A DNA stretch of 64,000 bases from Candidatus Parcubacteria bacterium (GTDB taxonomy: Bacteria > Patescibacteriota > Minisyncoccia > Phycocordibacterales > JAACPR01): NCBI GenBank assembly GCA_039805545.1, contig JBDLUA010000001.1, positions 566 to 64,565 on the forward strand, written 5' to 3'. Positions within the stretch are counted from its first letter, which is position 1, and each line of letters opens with the position of its first letter. Made by a program: the position numbers and the translations under genes. The notes beneath the pieces were generated by a model. That model was not told the DNA's origin. It ran no database searches and was given only the letters and a program-made list of their open reading frames with translations. Below, piece by piece: positions 9,687-18,941 of the stretch.

Positions 9687-10235
9687 ATGATCTTTAAAAA
9701 TATTTTCGAGGCCTGTCAAAAGCAATTGCTTCAAGACAGAGTAGGGGTGCGTAGTCACCGAAAGTCCAAAAAGTGCAAGGCACACATCATCAGACTTGTT
9801 CGGGAATACCGACAAGATTCACATCATCTTGAGGCTCTCTGTAAGACTTTGCTCTTGTGGCGTTGTCTTATGGAATTTCCTTTGGGTACCAATAAACGGG
9901 TACACAAGGAAATTCACCGAAAGGTGGTTCGCTCTTTCTTTTATCTTCTGAAATCAACAACTCCTGAGGATGCTGGGTTTCTGGAGGAACTCAAGAAGGA
10001 GGTGAACAATGGGACAATCTTAGATTCGATGCTTGAGCTTCGTATTATCGAGTTGCTTATGGTGGCTCGTGAGGAGACTCTCAAAAAGCTCAAGAGTCCA
10101 CATCACCAAGCTCAATCCCCAGACCGACTGGAGTCCCTTTGGATAGAGATTGTGGCAACATTTGATGGAAGATACCTCCGGGTGCCACCATATGGGACGG
10201 TTCAATCAAGGCCAATTTGGACAAGTACTTCCTAG
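9687..10235 (+). CDS. hypothetical protein (GC-richer than its surroundings)
   Basis: 182-aa ORF with no motifs, followed by a hairpin terminator at 10255-10294. Confidence 0.35.
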   Translation: MIFKNIFEACQKQLLQDRVGVRSHRKSKKCKAHIIRLVREYRQDSHHLEALCKTLLLWRCLMEFPLGTNKRVHKEIHRKVVRSFFYLLKSTTPEDAGFLEELKKEVNNGTILDSMLELRIIELLMVAREETLKKLKSPHHQAQSPDRLESLWIEIVATFDGRYLRVPPYGTVQSRPIWTSTS

Positions 10236-10324
10236 GAGAATCCAAAAATCGATAGGCACCCAGCGATCATATCAACGGGTGCCTTTTCTTTTTGTTTTAA
10301 ATGGAGTAAGTTAGGAGTGTATTT

Positions 10325-11143
10325 ATGTCTCAAATTAAAAAAAGATTTTTTGTAGAAGCTATTGAAAACGCTGCAAGAGAGCAGGGTATAGAGACTCATT
10401 GGATGTCTGACAGTTGGATTTGTGAACTTAAAAAGGGAAGTCAAACCTCATATATTTATGGATATAACTTTCCTCTTAATTCTGCAACTGCGTGGGAGGT
10501 TGCACGAGATAAGACTGCAACATCAAAGGTTCTTATAAAAAATAAAATAGCGTGTGTTGAGCATAATGTATTTATTCGACCAACTTTTGATTCGTATAAA
10601 CTTAAAGAAACTCATTCAGATTTAGTTTTTGAATACGCAGAGAAAATCGGATATCCTCTTGTCTGTAAAGATAATTGTGGAGCTGCAGGTAAGAACGTAT
10701 TTAAAGTAAATTCAAAACAAGAACTCAAAGATACACTTTCTCTTGTTTGGAAAAATTCTCGAGGTGCTGCACTTTGTTCTTTTTATGATATTGAATGTGA
10801 GTACAGATTTTTTGTTTTAGATGGTGAAGTTCAATTTGTTTTTAAAAAAGTTTTAAAAAGTTCAGAAGAGTGGAAATTTAATTTGAATCAAGGAGGGGAG
10901 GTTGTATATGAAACTCTTGAAGAGATTCCTTGGGAGTTATACAAGATGGCTGTTGATGCCGCATCTGCTCTTACACTCAACCTCTGCTCTATCGATATTA
11001 TTAAATTAAAGGGAAGTGCCTCTCACCTAATACTTGAAGTTAATACTTCTATCACTACCGAACATTTTTCTCAGATCTCCAAGGCTGCTAAGGATGTATC
11101 TCTAAATTTATATAAAAATATTTTAAAGAAAATATTTGAATAG
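10325..11143 (+). CDS. ATP-grasp family protein (RimK / D-Ala-D-Ala ligase-like)
   Basis: YPLVCKDNCGAAGKNVFKV resembles the ATP-grasp central-domain glycine loop. Length and layout fit the fold. Confidence 0.5.
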   Translation: MSQIKKRFFVEAIENAAREQGIETHWMSDSWICELKKGSQTSYIYGYNFPLNSATAWEVARDKTATSKVLIKNKIACVEHNVFIRPTFDSYKLKETHSDLVFEYAEKIGYPLVCKDNCGAAGKNVFKVNSKQELKDTLSLVWKNSRGAALCSFYDIECEYRFFVLDGEVQFVFKKVLKSSEEWKFNLNQGGEVVYETLEEIPWELYKMAVDAASALTLNLCSIDIIKLKGSASHLILEVNTSITTEHFSQISKAAKDVSLNLYKNILKKIFE

Positions 11144-11472
11144 ACTTTATTTGTTTATATGTGTAGAGGGAAGGATTATATATGTATGTCGCACAATATA
11201 TCTTTGCGACACTATACATATACAATAAGGCTTTATATATCAATCTGGGCTCGTTTTTTAAAAGCGTTGATTTTACTAGTTTGTTTGACCTTCTATTTGC
11301 CCCTAGGAGCTTCGATAACTTTTTGGCTGAGTGTTCTATCCTCTTGGATATGTGGTATGAGTCATTTTATTTTTAAAATATGTACCTCTAAAATTTATTC
11401 CCCAAAATAGGGGACTCTCTTCCCTATTTTTATAAATCGTGTATAGTTCATTAGAATCAAATAAAAACGAAC

Positions 11473-11694
11473 ATGAAAATAAAACTCGCCCTATGGGCCT
11501 TTCTTACCGGCGGTGTTCTTCTTTCAACACTGACAGCCTTTTTTTGGAGGGATCTGAATCTGTTCTTTGTGATTATGATGATTATCTCTGCAATTGCTTG
11601 CTTTGTAGGCTCTCTCATTTGTCACCTCATTGTGAGAATTTCAAGGTCTGAAGAAGAGGAGGAGGACGCAGATGAAGGTTTTTATGGTCAGTGA
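11473..11694 (+). CDS. hypothetical small membrane protein
   Basis: Two predicted TM helices and an acidic C-terminus (SEEEEEDADE). A terminator follows at 11713-11743. Confidence 0.3.
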   Translation: MKIKLALWAFLTGGVLLSTLTAFFWRDLNLFFVIMMIISAIACFVGSLICHLIVRISRSEEEEEDADEGFYGQ

Positions 11695-11938
11695 TTCCTT
11701 TCGTCTTTTCGTTAACGCGCTCGCCACACAGCTGAGCGCGTTTTACTTTTTATTTTAAATTTGTATTATATCTCGACATGCAATCGTTCTTTGAATCAAC
11801 TGTTACAGTCTGTTGTTTTGTATTTGTTGGATCCATTGCAATGTTTGGTTTATGTTTTTACTTGTTTGTACAGGACCAAAAAAAGATGGATTCAAAAAAT
11901 CAGGACAAAAAAACATCGAGTTAATTCTCGGTTGTTTT

Positions 11939-13189
11939 TTATTTTAGACAATGTATACCTGCAACAAACCCAGTGGTCCAACAGAGTTGCAATGAAAATC
12001 CACCTGAAGGTCGTCTGATGTCCAAAAGGTCTCCTGTAACATACAGATTAGTAATCTTCTTTGATTGCATTGTTCGAGTATCTATTTCACTTAATGGAAC
12101 TCCTCCGTCGGCTACAATAGATTTGTTGTAGCCTTCAAGTCCGGTAACTGTAATAGGAATTTTTTTAAGAAGTTGTACGAGTGATTTCCGAAATTCTTTT
12201 GAAACTGAGTTTACTGATGTTTCAAAATCATATGGATCATGTTTCTTTATTAAAAATTCTGAAACGGGAAGCTTTGTGATCTGTGAGAGAACATTTTTGA
12301 GTTTTTTGTTTTTATTCTCTTCAAAAATAGTAAGAATTAAATCATCGACTTCTTTATGATTCAATTCTGGATACATATCAATAAATGTTTCTAGTTCTCC
12401 ACTATATAGAGCATCTTGAAGTTTGTTTGAATGATTTAAAATAAGTGGTCCGGATAATCCAGTATGGGTACAGAGTATTTTGCCTGTGCATGAAAAATAT
12501 TTTTTACCATCAACTTGTACAGTTATTTTGCAAGCATCAATTGAGGTTCCAGAATTGTCGCGAATCCAAATATCAGAAACTTTCCACGGTACAAGTGTTG
12601 GTGTCGGTTGTTTAACTGTATGACCTAGTTGTGTAAGCCAATTAAAACCATCACCTGTAGAACCTGTTTCTGGACTTGCAAGTCCGCCTGTCGCAAATAT
12701 ATACGATTGGGCAGAGTATTTCTCCCCTTTTGTGGTTTCAATATGTTGAATTTTTGCCTCTGCGAGGACAATATTTTTTACAGCTGTATTTGTTTTGATG
12801 ATAATGTTAGGGTGAGAACAATAGTCAGTCATAACCTTTGTTACATCTGTTGCTTTTTGTGATTTGGGAAATACTCGATTATATGCTTCGGTCACAAGTG
12901 GCAAGTTTCTTTTTTGAAAAAAAGTAAATGTATCTTGTACAGAAAATTGATCAAAGGTTGAATATAGATATTTCTCTGCTGAGCCGTATTTTTTTAAAAA
13001 ATCTTTAGTGTCAAAAATCGCATTTGTAATATTACATCGTCCTCCTCCTGTAATAGAAAGTTTCTCCCCTAGTTTTTTATTTTTTTCTAAAAGTAAAATT
13101 TTTGCATGTGGGTGATGCTGTGAAATAGTTCCTGCGGCCATCATACCTGATGGACCTCCACCAATAATAATTACATCGTATTGTTCCAT
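11939..13189 (-). CDS. NAD(P)/FAD-dependent oxidoreductase, HI0933/BaiN-like flavoprotein family
   Basis: N-terminal Rossmann motif DVIIIGGGPSGMMAAG, followed by GGGRCNITN, which is typical of HI0933-like proteins. Confidence 0.8.
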   Translation of the reverse strand: MEQYDVIIIGGGPSGMMAAGTISQHHPHAKILLLEKNKKLGEKLSITGGGRCNITNAIFDTKDFLKKYGSAEKYLYSTFDQFSVQDTFTFFQKRNLPLVTEAYNRVFPKSQKATDVTKVMTDYCSHPNIIIKTNTAVKNIVLAEAKIQHIETTKGEKYSAQSYIFATGGLASPETGSTGDGFNWLTQLGHTVKQPTPTLVPWKVSDIWIRDNSGTSIDACKITVQVDGKKYFSCTGKILCTHTGLSGPLILNHSNKLQDALYSGELETFIDMYPELNHKEVDDLILTIFEENKNKKLKNVLSQITKLPVSEFLIKKHDPYDFETSVNSVSKEFRKSLVQLLKKIPITVTGLEGYNKSIVADGGVPLSEIDTRTMQSKKITNLYVTGDLLDIRRPSGGFSLQLCWTTGFVAGIHCLK

Positions 13190-13226
13190 ATATCCCGAGA
13201 GTATAACATATGATAGTATAGATGCT

Positions 13227-13904
13227 ATGAAATATATTAGAGAGCATATTGTATCAATACTAATTTTGGGAGTGCTTGCACTGTTATCTTTTGGAAGTTT
13301 TTTTATTGATTTAAATACTATTCGAGTAAGTATTGAATCTGCAGGAGTGTGGGCGCCAGTACTTTATATTCTAACAAAGGCTTCTACGGTTATATTTGCT
13401 CCACTTTCTGGAACACCTCTTTATGTTTTTTCTGTACCGCTGTTTGGGTTTTGGCATGGGGTCATGTATTCGTTTATTGGAGATTTTATCGGCGCTGTTG
13501 TTACATTCTATATCAGTAGATTTTTTGGTCGTCCGGTTGTTGAGTATCTTGCAGGAAAAAAGAATATGCCTCACATTGAAGATGCACTTGAATTGATGGC
13601 AACTCCAAAAGGTTTTGTAACAATGCGGATTGCCGCATTAAGTATGCCTGAGATAGCAAGTTATGCGGCAGGACTTACACCGATTAATTTCTTCTTTTTT
13701 ATCGTGGTGCACATGCTTGTAGATATTATTCCAATCTTTGTAATCTCAAGTCCTGGACTATTCTTTACTCAACATTTTCCTGCGTGGGCCGTAACTCTTG
13801 GTGTAGTGTCTGCTGGTGCAGTGACTGTGATAAGTATCTTGATATTTGTGGCAATGTTAAAGAAAGCTCATAAGAAACATTTGAAGAATAAGGCGGAAAA
13901 ATAA
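13227..13904 (+). CDS. DedA / TVP38-TMEM64 family membrane protein
   Basis: Multi-TM protein with a conserved SNARE-associated core (FAPLSGTPLYVFSVPLFGFWHG...FIGDFIGAVVTF). Confidence 0.75.
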   Translation: MKYIREHIVSILILGVLALLSFGSFFIDLNTIRVSIESAGVWAPVLYILTKASTVIFAPLSGTPLYVFSVPLFGFWHGVMYSFIGDFIGAVVTFYISRFFGRPVVEYLAGKKNMPHIEDALELMATPKGFVTMRIAALSMPEIASYAAGLTPINFFFFIVVHMLVDIIPIFVISSPGLFFTQHFPAWAVTLGVVSAGAVTVISILIFVAMLKKAHKKHLKNKAEK

Positions 13905-13911
13905 AAGACTT

Positions 13912-14001
13912 CTTAGCACGTCATCCTTAGCAAAAGGCAGGCCCTTCGGGCCTGCCTTTTGCAATCCTGGATCCTCGCCTTCGCGAGGATGACGTGCTAA
14001 G
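13912..14001. mobile_element. composite palindromic repeat element: inverted ends CTTAGCACGTCATCC / GGATGACGTGCTAAG enclosing a terminator-hairpin module and the core palindrome
   Basis: The left end is at 13912-13926, the internal UUCG-loop hairpin at 13930-13965 (near-identical to 1162-1190), and the right palindrome GGATCCTCGCCTTCGCGAGGATGACGTGCTAAG at 13969-14001. Confidence 0.7.
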
Positions 14002-14021
14002 TGTTTTATTTGATGTAACTC

Positions 14022-14219
14022 TTACCTCGCCATTTCCCACGCCTTTGCAAGTAATTTAATGAGGAACCCAATGGCTTTTACAAATAGATTAAGTACAAAT
14101 TCAAATACTGGTTTTATCTTTTCCCATAACTCAACAGGGTCTTTTCCAAAATAATATGCAAGTATCACAAACACAATTATAAGAACAATAATTTGTATAA
14201 AACCAGAATTTTTTTTCAT
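14022..14219 (-). CDS. hypothetical small membrane protein
   Basis: 65-aa ORF with one TM helix. Confidence 0.35.
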   Translation of the reverse strand: MKKNSGFIQIIVLIIVFVILAYYFGKDPVELWEKIKPVFEFVLNLFVKAIGFLIKLLAKAWEMAR

Positions 14220-14254
14220 ACAAAAATTATAGCATGAATTTTTTTAAAATATAA

Positions 14255-14535
14255 AAAGAAAACCCCTTGGCGGACCAAGGGGTTTGATTTTCTTCGTGAT
14301 GCCGGAACTTTTTTCGAGAGGGTCACTCAAGAATAAAGTTCCGGCGAATCAGGTATTTGTTTTCATGGCTGTGGAAGCTGGGGTTTCACAGTGTGAACCG
14401 GACGGCACCTTCAGAAGAGAAGGCGCCGCCGGATCAGGCGATGATGGTGCCGGCCGAGTACGTGAGCAAATTGGATTTCAGGTTCACGGATTCGGGGCAA
14501 CATCGGGTAATGTACATGCTTTTCATAGCGTCTAT
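14255..14535 (-). ncRNA. candidate structured small RNA (~280 nt, class undetermined)
   Basis: GC-rich island in an AT-rich genome. On the minus strand it has a near-consensus sigma70 promoter, TTGACA (14564-14559), 16 nt, TATATT (14542-14537). The 3' end is a perfect intrinsic terminator, CCCCTTGG-CGGA-CCAAGGGG plus a U-tract at 14290-14255. It contains an 11-bp perfect stem, GCCGGAACTTT / AAAGTTCCGGC. The overlapping plus ORF 14284..14538 is not protein-like. Confidence 0.4.
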
Positions 14536-14626
14536 TAATATACACTATCCATAAACTTTGTCAAGCATTTAAAAGTATTGCCTAATTATAGCAAGATTCC
14601 GGCTCAAGCCCGGGATGACAGAGAGA

Positions 14627-15940
14627 TTACAAACTCGGTAAATAACTCATAGGATCAAGGTAGGCATCAAGGTCAGCAAAAGGCCCTGAGGCATCGGTAG
14701 CGGCACACCCTGCTCCGCCAGGCTTATATGTACCATACTTCCCTACCTTAACTCCTTGTGAAGCATATATAGTTAAGTGAAGGTGTGGACCCGTACTTAC
14801 TCCAGAGTTTCCTGAGAGAGCAATAACTTCTCCTGCACTCACTGTCTGTCCTCGTTCAACAAGAATGCTTGAAAGGTGTGCGTAAAGACTTGAGAGGCCG
14901 TTGTCGTGGTCTACAAGTATCCAACGACCCCACGCATAACAACCAGGATAGGCATCTGTGTTTCCAAAGTCTCGCACTTTTCCACTTGATACTGACATGA
15001 CTTTTGTTCCGATTGGTGTACCAAAGTCTGTTCCTGGGTGATATGCTCGTCCATAAATTCCGGGATTTTGTTTTGCGAATTCAGAACCACCAAATTGTTG
15101 CGTTACGATAATATTTGCGAGTGGCCATGAAAGCACTCCACGCTTTGCACTTGGATATGAACTTGGATCAATAAGAATTTGAATTTTTGATTCGATATCT
15201 TTTACTAATGATTCAAATTGTTGTTTTTGAGCTTGTTTTTGTGCGAGAAGCTGTTCGTATTTTGCTTGCTCACCCTTTGTTGCTGCAAGAAGACCTGATT
15301 TTGTTTTTTCAGTTGAGAGAACCGTATCATGCTGACCTGCAAGTATTTGTTTTTCTTTTTCTAATTCTTCTTTTGTTTTTTCTTCGTCTGTTTTTTGTAC
15401 ATTAAGTTCACGACTAATATTTAAAAGTTCATATTTTTTGTCTATCAGTTTTTCTTTGAATCTTTGTATTTCAAAAACTTGTTCAAAGAAGTTAGACATT
15501 GAACCTGTTTTAAAAGCCAATTCAAATATATTTGAATCAGAATTTTTTTCGAGATTTCTCATTGATTGTGCAAGCCCTTCTTGGAGTTCTACAATTTTCC
15601 GTTGTTTATCTGTTATCTCAATTCCTAACTTTTCAATAGTGAGCTCACTTTTTTTGATAACATTTTGAGTTCTACTTATATCTTTTTGTAGTTTATTTCG
15701 AGTTGCTGTAAGAGTGTTGATTTGAGATTGAATTTCTCCTGCCTTTGCTGATGTTGTCTGAATAAGTTTTCGTTGTTCTTCGATTTCTGCATCTATTTGT
15801 TTTATTTTTGCTTGATACTCATCAATTTGGTCATTGAGTTGATCTACTGTTTCTGCAAATACAAAAGGAAATGAAAATAATTTAAATCCACAGAGAAGGA
15901 TAAAAATAAGTATGTAAGAACTAAATTTTTTCGATGGCAT
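14627..15940 (-). CDS. M23 family peptidoglycan endopeptidase with an N-terminal coiled coil (EnvC/LytM-like)
   Basis: Signal/TM region, a long coiled-coil region, and a LytM domain with HxxxD (YHPGTDFG) and HxH (GPHLHLTIY). Confidence 0.85.
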   Translation of the reverse strand: MPSKKFSSYILIFILLCGFKLFSFPFVFAETVDQLNDQIDEYQAKIKQIDAEIEEQRKLIQTTSAKAGEIQSQINTLTATRNKLQKDISRTQNVIKKSELTIEKLGIEITDKQRKIVELQEGLAQSMRNLEKNSDSNIFELAFKTGSMSNFFEQVFEIQRFKEKLIDKKYELLNISRELNVQKTDEEKTKEELEKEKQILAGQHDTVLSTEKTKSGLLAATKGEQAKYEQLLAQKQAQKQQFESLVKDIESKIQILIDPSSYPSAKRGVLSWPLANIIVTQQFGGSEFAKQNPGIYGRAYHPGTDFGTPIGTKVMSVSSGKVRDFGNTDAYPGCYAWGRWILVDHDNGLSSLYAHLSSILVERGQTVSAGEVIALSGNSGVSTGPHLHLTIYASQGVKVGKYGTYKPGGAGCAATDASGPFADLDAYLDPMSYLPSL

Positions 15941-17237
15941 TCCTTAATCTTACCAAACTTTTTTCTTTTCCAAGAATTTCCATAAGAGTAAAAGGATCCG
16001 GTGATTTGTCTTGTCCTGATAAGGCAAATCGTGTAGGCCAGAGTACTGCACCTCTTCCCTTCTCTGTCGCATAATCCCAAATTAAATCTTTGAGATTTGA
16101 TCCGGTAAAATCATCTGCCGATTCGAGAATTGAAACAACGTGTGCAAGATATTCTTTTGTTTGTTCAGAATTTGAATCTTTCCAAATGGTTTTAGAATAA
16201 TCTGTGATAGAAATATCATGTAGAAGTGGACCAAATTCTCCTTCAGGTGTAAGAAGTGGTGCAATATCTGAGAAGACTGTGATTCGTTCTTTGATAAGTG
16301 TAATAAGTGTTGGATGTGTAATCGATACTCCTGATTGTTCTTTAATGATATTTACAAAATCAGATTCCGGAATCTGATTGATATACTCTTTGTTGAACCA
16401 GTTTAATTTTTCTAGATCAAAAATGGCCCCACCTTTTTGGATTCGTGTAATATCAAATTGAGAAATTAATTCTTCAATAGAAAGAATCTCGACGTCACCC
16501 TCGGGATGCCATCCAAGAAACGCAAGAAAGTTAATAAGTGCATCTTTGAGATAACCAATATTTTTGTATTCTACAAGTGAAGTTGCACCATCTCGTTTTG
16601 AAAGTTTCTTTCGTTCTTTTGAGAGGATGAGTGGAATGTGTGCATATGTGGGCTGTGTCGCACCAATTGCTTGTCCAATGAGAATTTGTCTTGGGGTGTT
16701 AGAGATATGATCTTCTCCTCGAATCACATGTGAAATTTTCATTTCATGATCATCAACTACTACTGCAAGGTGAAAGAGGGGTTCTTCTATTGATTTTGCA
16801 ATTACAAAATCTCCAAGTTCTGTAGTATCAAATGTAATTTCACCTCGAATCATGTCTGTGAATGTTACAGCCTTATTTGGATTTTTAAATCGGATAACAG
16901 AATCTCTTTGACCTTCTTCTGTCACTTCCTCTTTTGATTCGTATGCAAAGCCATCATCAATAAGTTTTTTGAGATAATTTTTATATATTTCAGTTCGATC
17001 TGATTGCTTGTAGAATTCATCCCATGTAAGACCAAGCCATGTAAGTCCATCAAGAATGTTTTGTTCAAATTCTGGCTTACTTCGTTCTTTGTCTGTATCT
17101 TCAATTCGTATTACAAATGTTCCTCCGTTTTGTTTTGCAAAGAGATAATTAAAAAGTGCTGTTCGAGTTGTACCGATGTGAAGGTTACCTGTTGGTGATG
17201 GGGCTATTCGAACCCGTATATCTGAATTATTTTTCAT
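15921..17237 (-). CDS. gltX: glutamyl-tRNA synthetase
   Basis: RIAPSPTGNLHIGTTRTALFNYLFA (HIGH region) and a KLSKR motif. Confidence 0.9.
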   Translation of the reverse strand: MKNNSDIRVRIAPSPTGNLHIGTTRTALFNYLFAKQNGGTFVIRIEDTDKERSKPEFEQNILDGLTWLGLTWDEFYKQSDRTEIYKNYLKKLIDDGFAYESKEEVTEEGQRDSVIRFKNPNKAVTFTDMIRGEITFDTTELGDFVIAKSIEEPLFHLAVVVDDHEMKISHVIRGEDHISNTPRQILIGQAIGATQPTYAHIPLILSKERKKLSKRDGATSLVEYKNIGYLKDALINFLAFLGWHPEGDVEILSIEELISQFDITRIQKGGAIFDLEKLNWFNKEYINQIPESDFVNIIKEQSGVSITHPTLITLIKERITVFSDIAPLLTPEGEFGPLLHDISITDYSKTIWKDSNSEQTKEYLAHVVSILESADDFTGSNLKDLIWDYATEKGRGAVLWPTRFALSGQDKSPDPFTLMEILGKEKSLVRLRNAIEKI

Positions 17238-18354
17238 GTGAGACTAATGTATCAATTATTTGTCGCGCAATCAATCTTCCTGCATCTGGCTTAGAGAATT
17301 GCTTTGCCCCTTCTTTCATATCCTCTAATAGTTCTGGTCGTGTAAATAAACGGTTGATTTCAGCTACAAAAATCTCTGGGGTGAGATTGTTTTCTTCAAT
17401 AACTACACATGCTCCTGATCGTGCATAGTAGTAGGCATTCTTTCGTTGATGGTCGTTATTGGTCTCTGTAATTGGAATGAGAATACTTGGTTTGTTCCAT
17501 GAAGCAATTTCAAAAATAGTTGAACCTGCTCTTGAAATAATTAAATCAGCTGCTCCTGCAGACATTTTCATGGCAAGATCATTGAGGTAAGGAAAACATA
17601 CATATCGTTCTGCATATGGATGAGTTTTGAGAAGAAGATCCGTAGTTGCCTTTACTTCTTTAAAATTATTTTTTCCTGTTTGATGAATAATTTGATATGA
17701 CTCAATAAGAGTTGGTACGGTATCAATCAAAATATTATTTATAATCTGTGCCCCCTGTGATCCTCCAAGGATAAGGATTGTTTTTATCTTTGAATCAAAC
17801 TTCAGATATTCGTGCGCACCGTCCATTACTGGTTTTTTGATTTCTTCTCGAACAGGATTCCCTGTCCACGCAACTTTCTTTTGATCAAAATAATGTGCAG
17901 CTTCTGGATATGAGATTGCAACCTTCTCAGCATACTTTCCTGCCCAAAGATTTGCTCGGCCTGGAGCACTATCTGATTCGTGGATGATTACCGGAATTCT
18001 CCAAAACTTTGCAGCAAATACTACAGGAACACTTCCATATCCCCCTTTACTAAATACAACATCAGGATAAATCCAAAACATTTTCCAAATTGCTTCAACA
18101 ATTCCAAAAGCAATTTTGAGTTTGTCTGTATAATTTAAAATAGAAAAATACACTCGTTGCTTTCCTGACATTACTCGCTTGTATGTGATTCCGTTATCAA
18201 AAAGAATTCCTCTATTGTATGGATCTGGCGCCATGAAATACATTTGAGGATCTATAAGGTGTTCCTCTTTTATAATTTTTCGGAGCTCTTGTGCAACTCC
18301 AATAATAGGATAAAAATGTCCCCCTGTTTGGCCACCTGTAAATACAATTTTCAT
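17227..18354 (-). CDS. murG: UDP-N-acetylglucosamine--N-acetylmuramyl-(pentapeptide) pyrophosphoryl-undecaprenol N-acetylglucosamine transferase
   Basis: MKIVFTGGQTGGHFYPIIGVAQEL matches the MurG N-terminal glycine-rich motif. It has GT-B fold length. Confidence 0.9.
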   Translation of the reverse strand: MKIVFTGGQTGGHFYPIIGVAQELRKIIKEEHLIDPQMYFMAPDPYNRGILFDNGITYKRVMSGKQRVYFSILNYTDKLKIAFGIVEAIWKMFWIYPDVVFSKGGYGSVPVVFAAKFWRIPVIIHESDSAPGRANLWAGKYAEKVAISYPEAAHYFDQKKVAWTGNPVREEIKKPVMDGAHEYLKFDSKIKTILILGGSQGAQIINNILIDTVPTLIESYQIIHQTGKNNFKEVKATTDLLLKTHPYAERYVCFPYLNDLAMKMSAGAADLIISRAGSTIFEIASWNKPSILIPITETNNDHQRKNAYYYARSGACVVIEENNLTPEIFVAEINRLFTRPELLEDMKEGAKQFSKPDAGRLIARQIIDTLVSHEK

Positions 18355-18453
18355 GTAGAGATTATACTATATTTTTGTTTTAAAGTATTAGGTTATTAAG
18401 ATATTTGCATTTCTAAAATAGAGTGGTTATATATATTAAAAAGCTCACCTACT

Positions 18454-18909
18454 ATGAAAACTAAATCTAATTATTGGGATTACAAACTTTTTTGTGCAGG
18501 ACGATATACTTCTGACAATATCTTGGAGCAAATAAAAGATCCTATATTTGAAAGTGTTCACCGACTGATTGAATGGGTTTGTTTTGAAGATGTTCCTCAT
18601 AAAGCACCAATTGTCAGGGCGGATCTTGAACCTAGAGAAAGAATCTATTCGTACGGATTTAAACGACCTGCAACTTTGTTTGAACTCGTGTGGTTTGCAA
18701 GGAGGTTCCCGGATTTCTTTTTTCTGCATGGTTCGATCGAGACTTATTTTGATCCTTATCTTCATGCATACATGAGACGCAAACAAAGAAGACTCAATGT
18801 TGCTGTTGTTCGTTATTGCGAGGAATTGGATGGATTAGAACTAACTCTTGATGAATATGACAAACAACGCAAGTCTGATTATTTGTTGGTTGCACCCTAT
18901 GTGTCATGA
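18454..18909 (+). CDS. hypothetical protein
   Basis: 151-aa ORF followed by a hairpin terminator at 18914-18943. No motifs. Confidence 0.35.
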   Translation: MKTKSNYWDYKLFCAGRYTSDNILEQIKDPIFESVHRLIEWVCFEDVPHKAPIVRADLEPRERIYSYGFKRPATLFELVWFARRFPDFFFLHGSIETYFDPYLHAYMRRKQRRLNVAVVRYCEELDGLELTLDEYDKQRKSDYLLVAPYVS

Positions 18910-18941
18910 ATTTGCGGGCCGACGTAGTCGGCCCGCTTTTT

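Noticed and set aside
13912-13926. CIRCE heat-shock operator (TTAGCACTC-N9-GAGTGCTAA) suggested by the TTAGCAC ends of the repeat near grpE
   Set aside because: Only the outer TTAGCAC / GTGCTAA halves match. The inner CTC/GAG and N9 spacing are absent, and the same ends occur at loci unrelated to chaperone genes. It is part of the repeat family, not CIRCE.
14284-14538. 84-aa plus-strand ORF (and 14357..14554)
   Set aside because: The composition is G/A/R-rich, GC-driven and not protein-like. It lies wholly within the promoter-terminator-bounded candidate RNA on the opposite strand.
14255-14640. RNase P RNA or tmRNA in the GC-rich island
   Set aside because: Partial similarity was seen to RNase P CR-I (AAAGUUCCGGC) and CR-IV (AUUCCGGCU). 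However, the invariant GGUAAGAGCGCACC block is missing, and the CR-I-like segment is part of an 11-bp local hairpin. The GGGGUUUGAUUUU that resembled a tmRNA 5' end is the terminator stem plus U-tract, and there is no tRNA-like 3' end.
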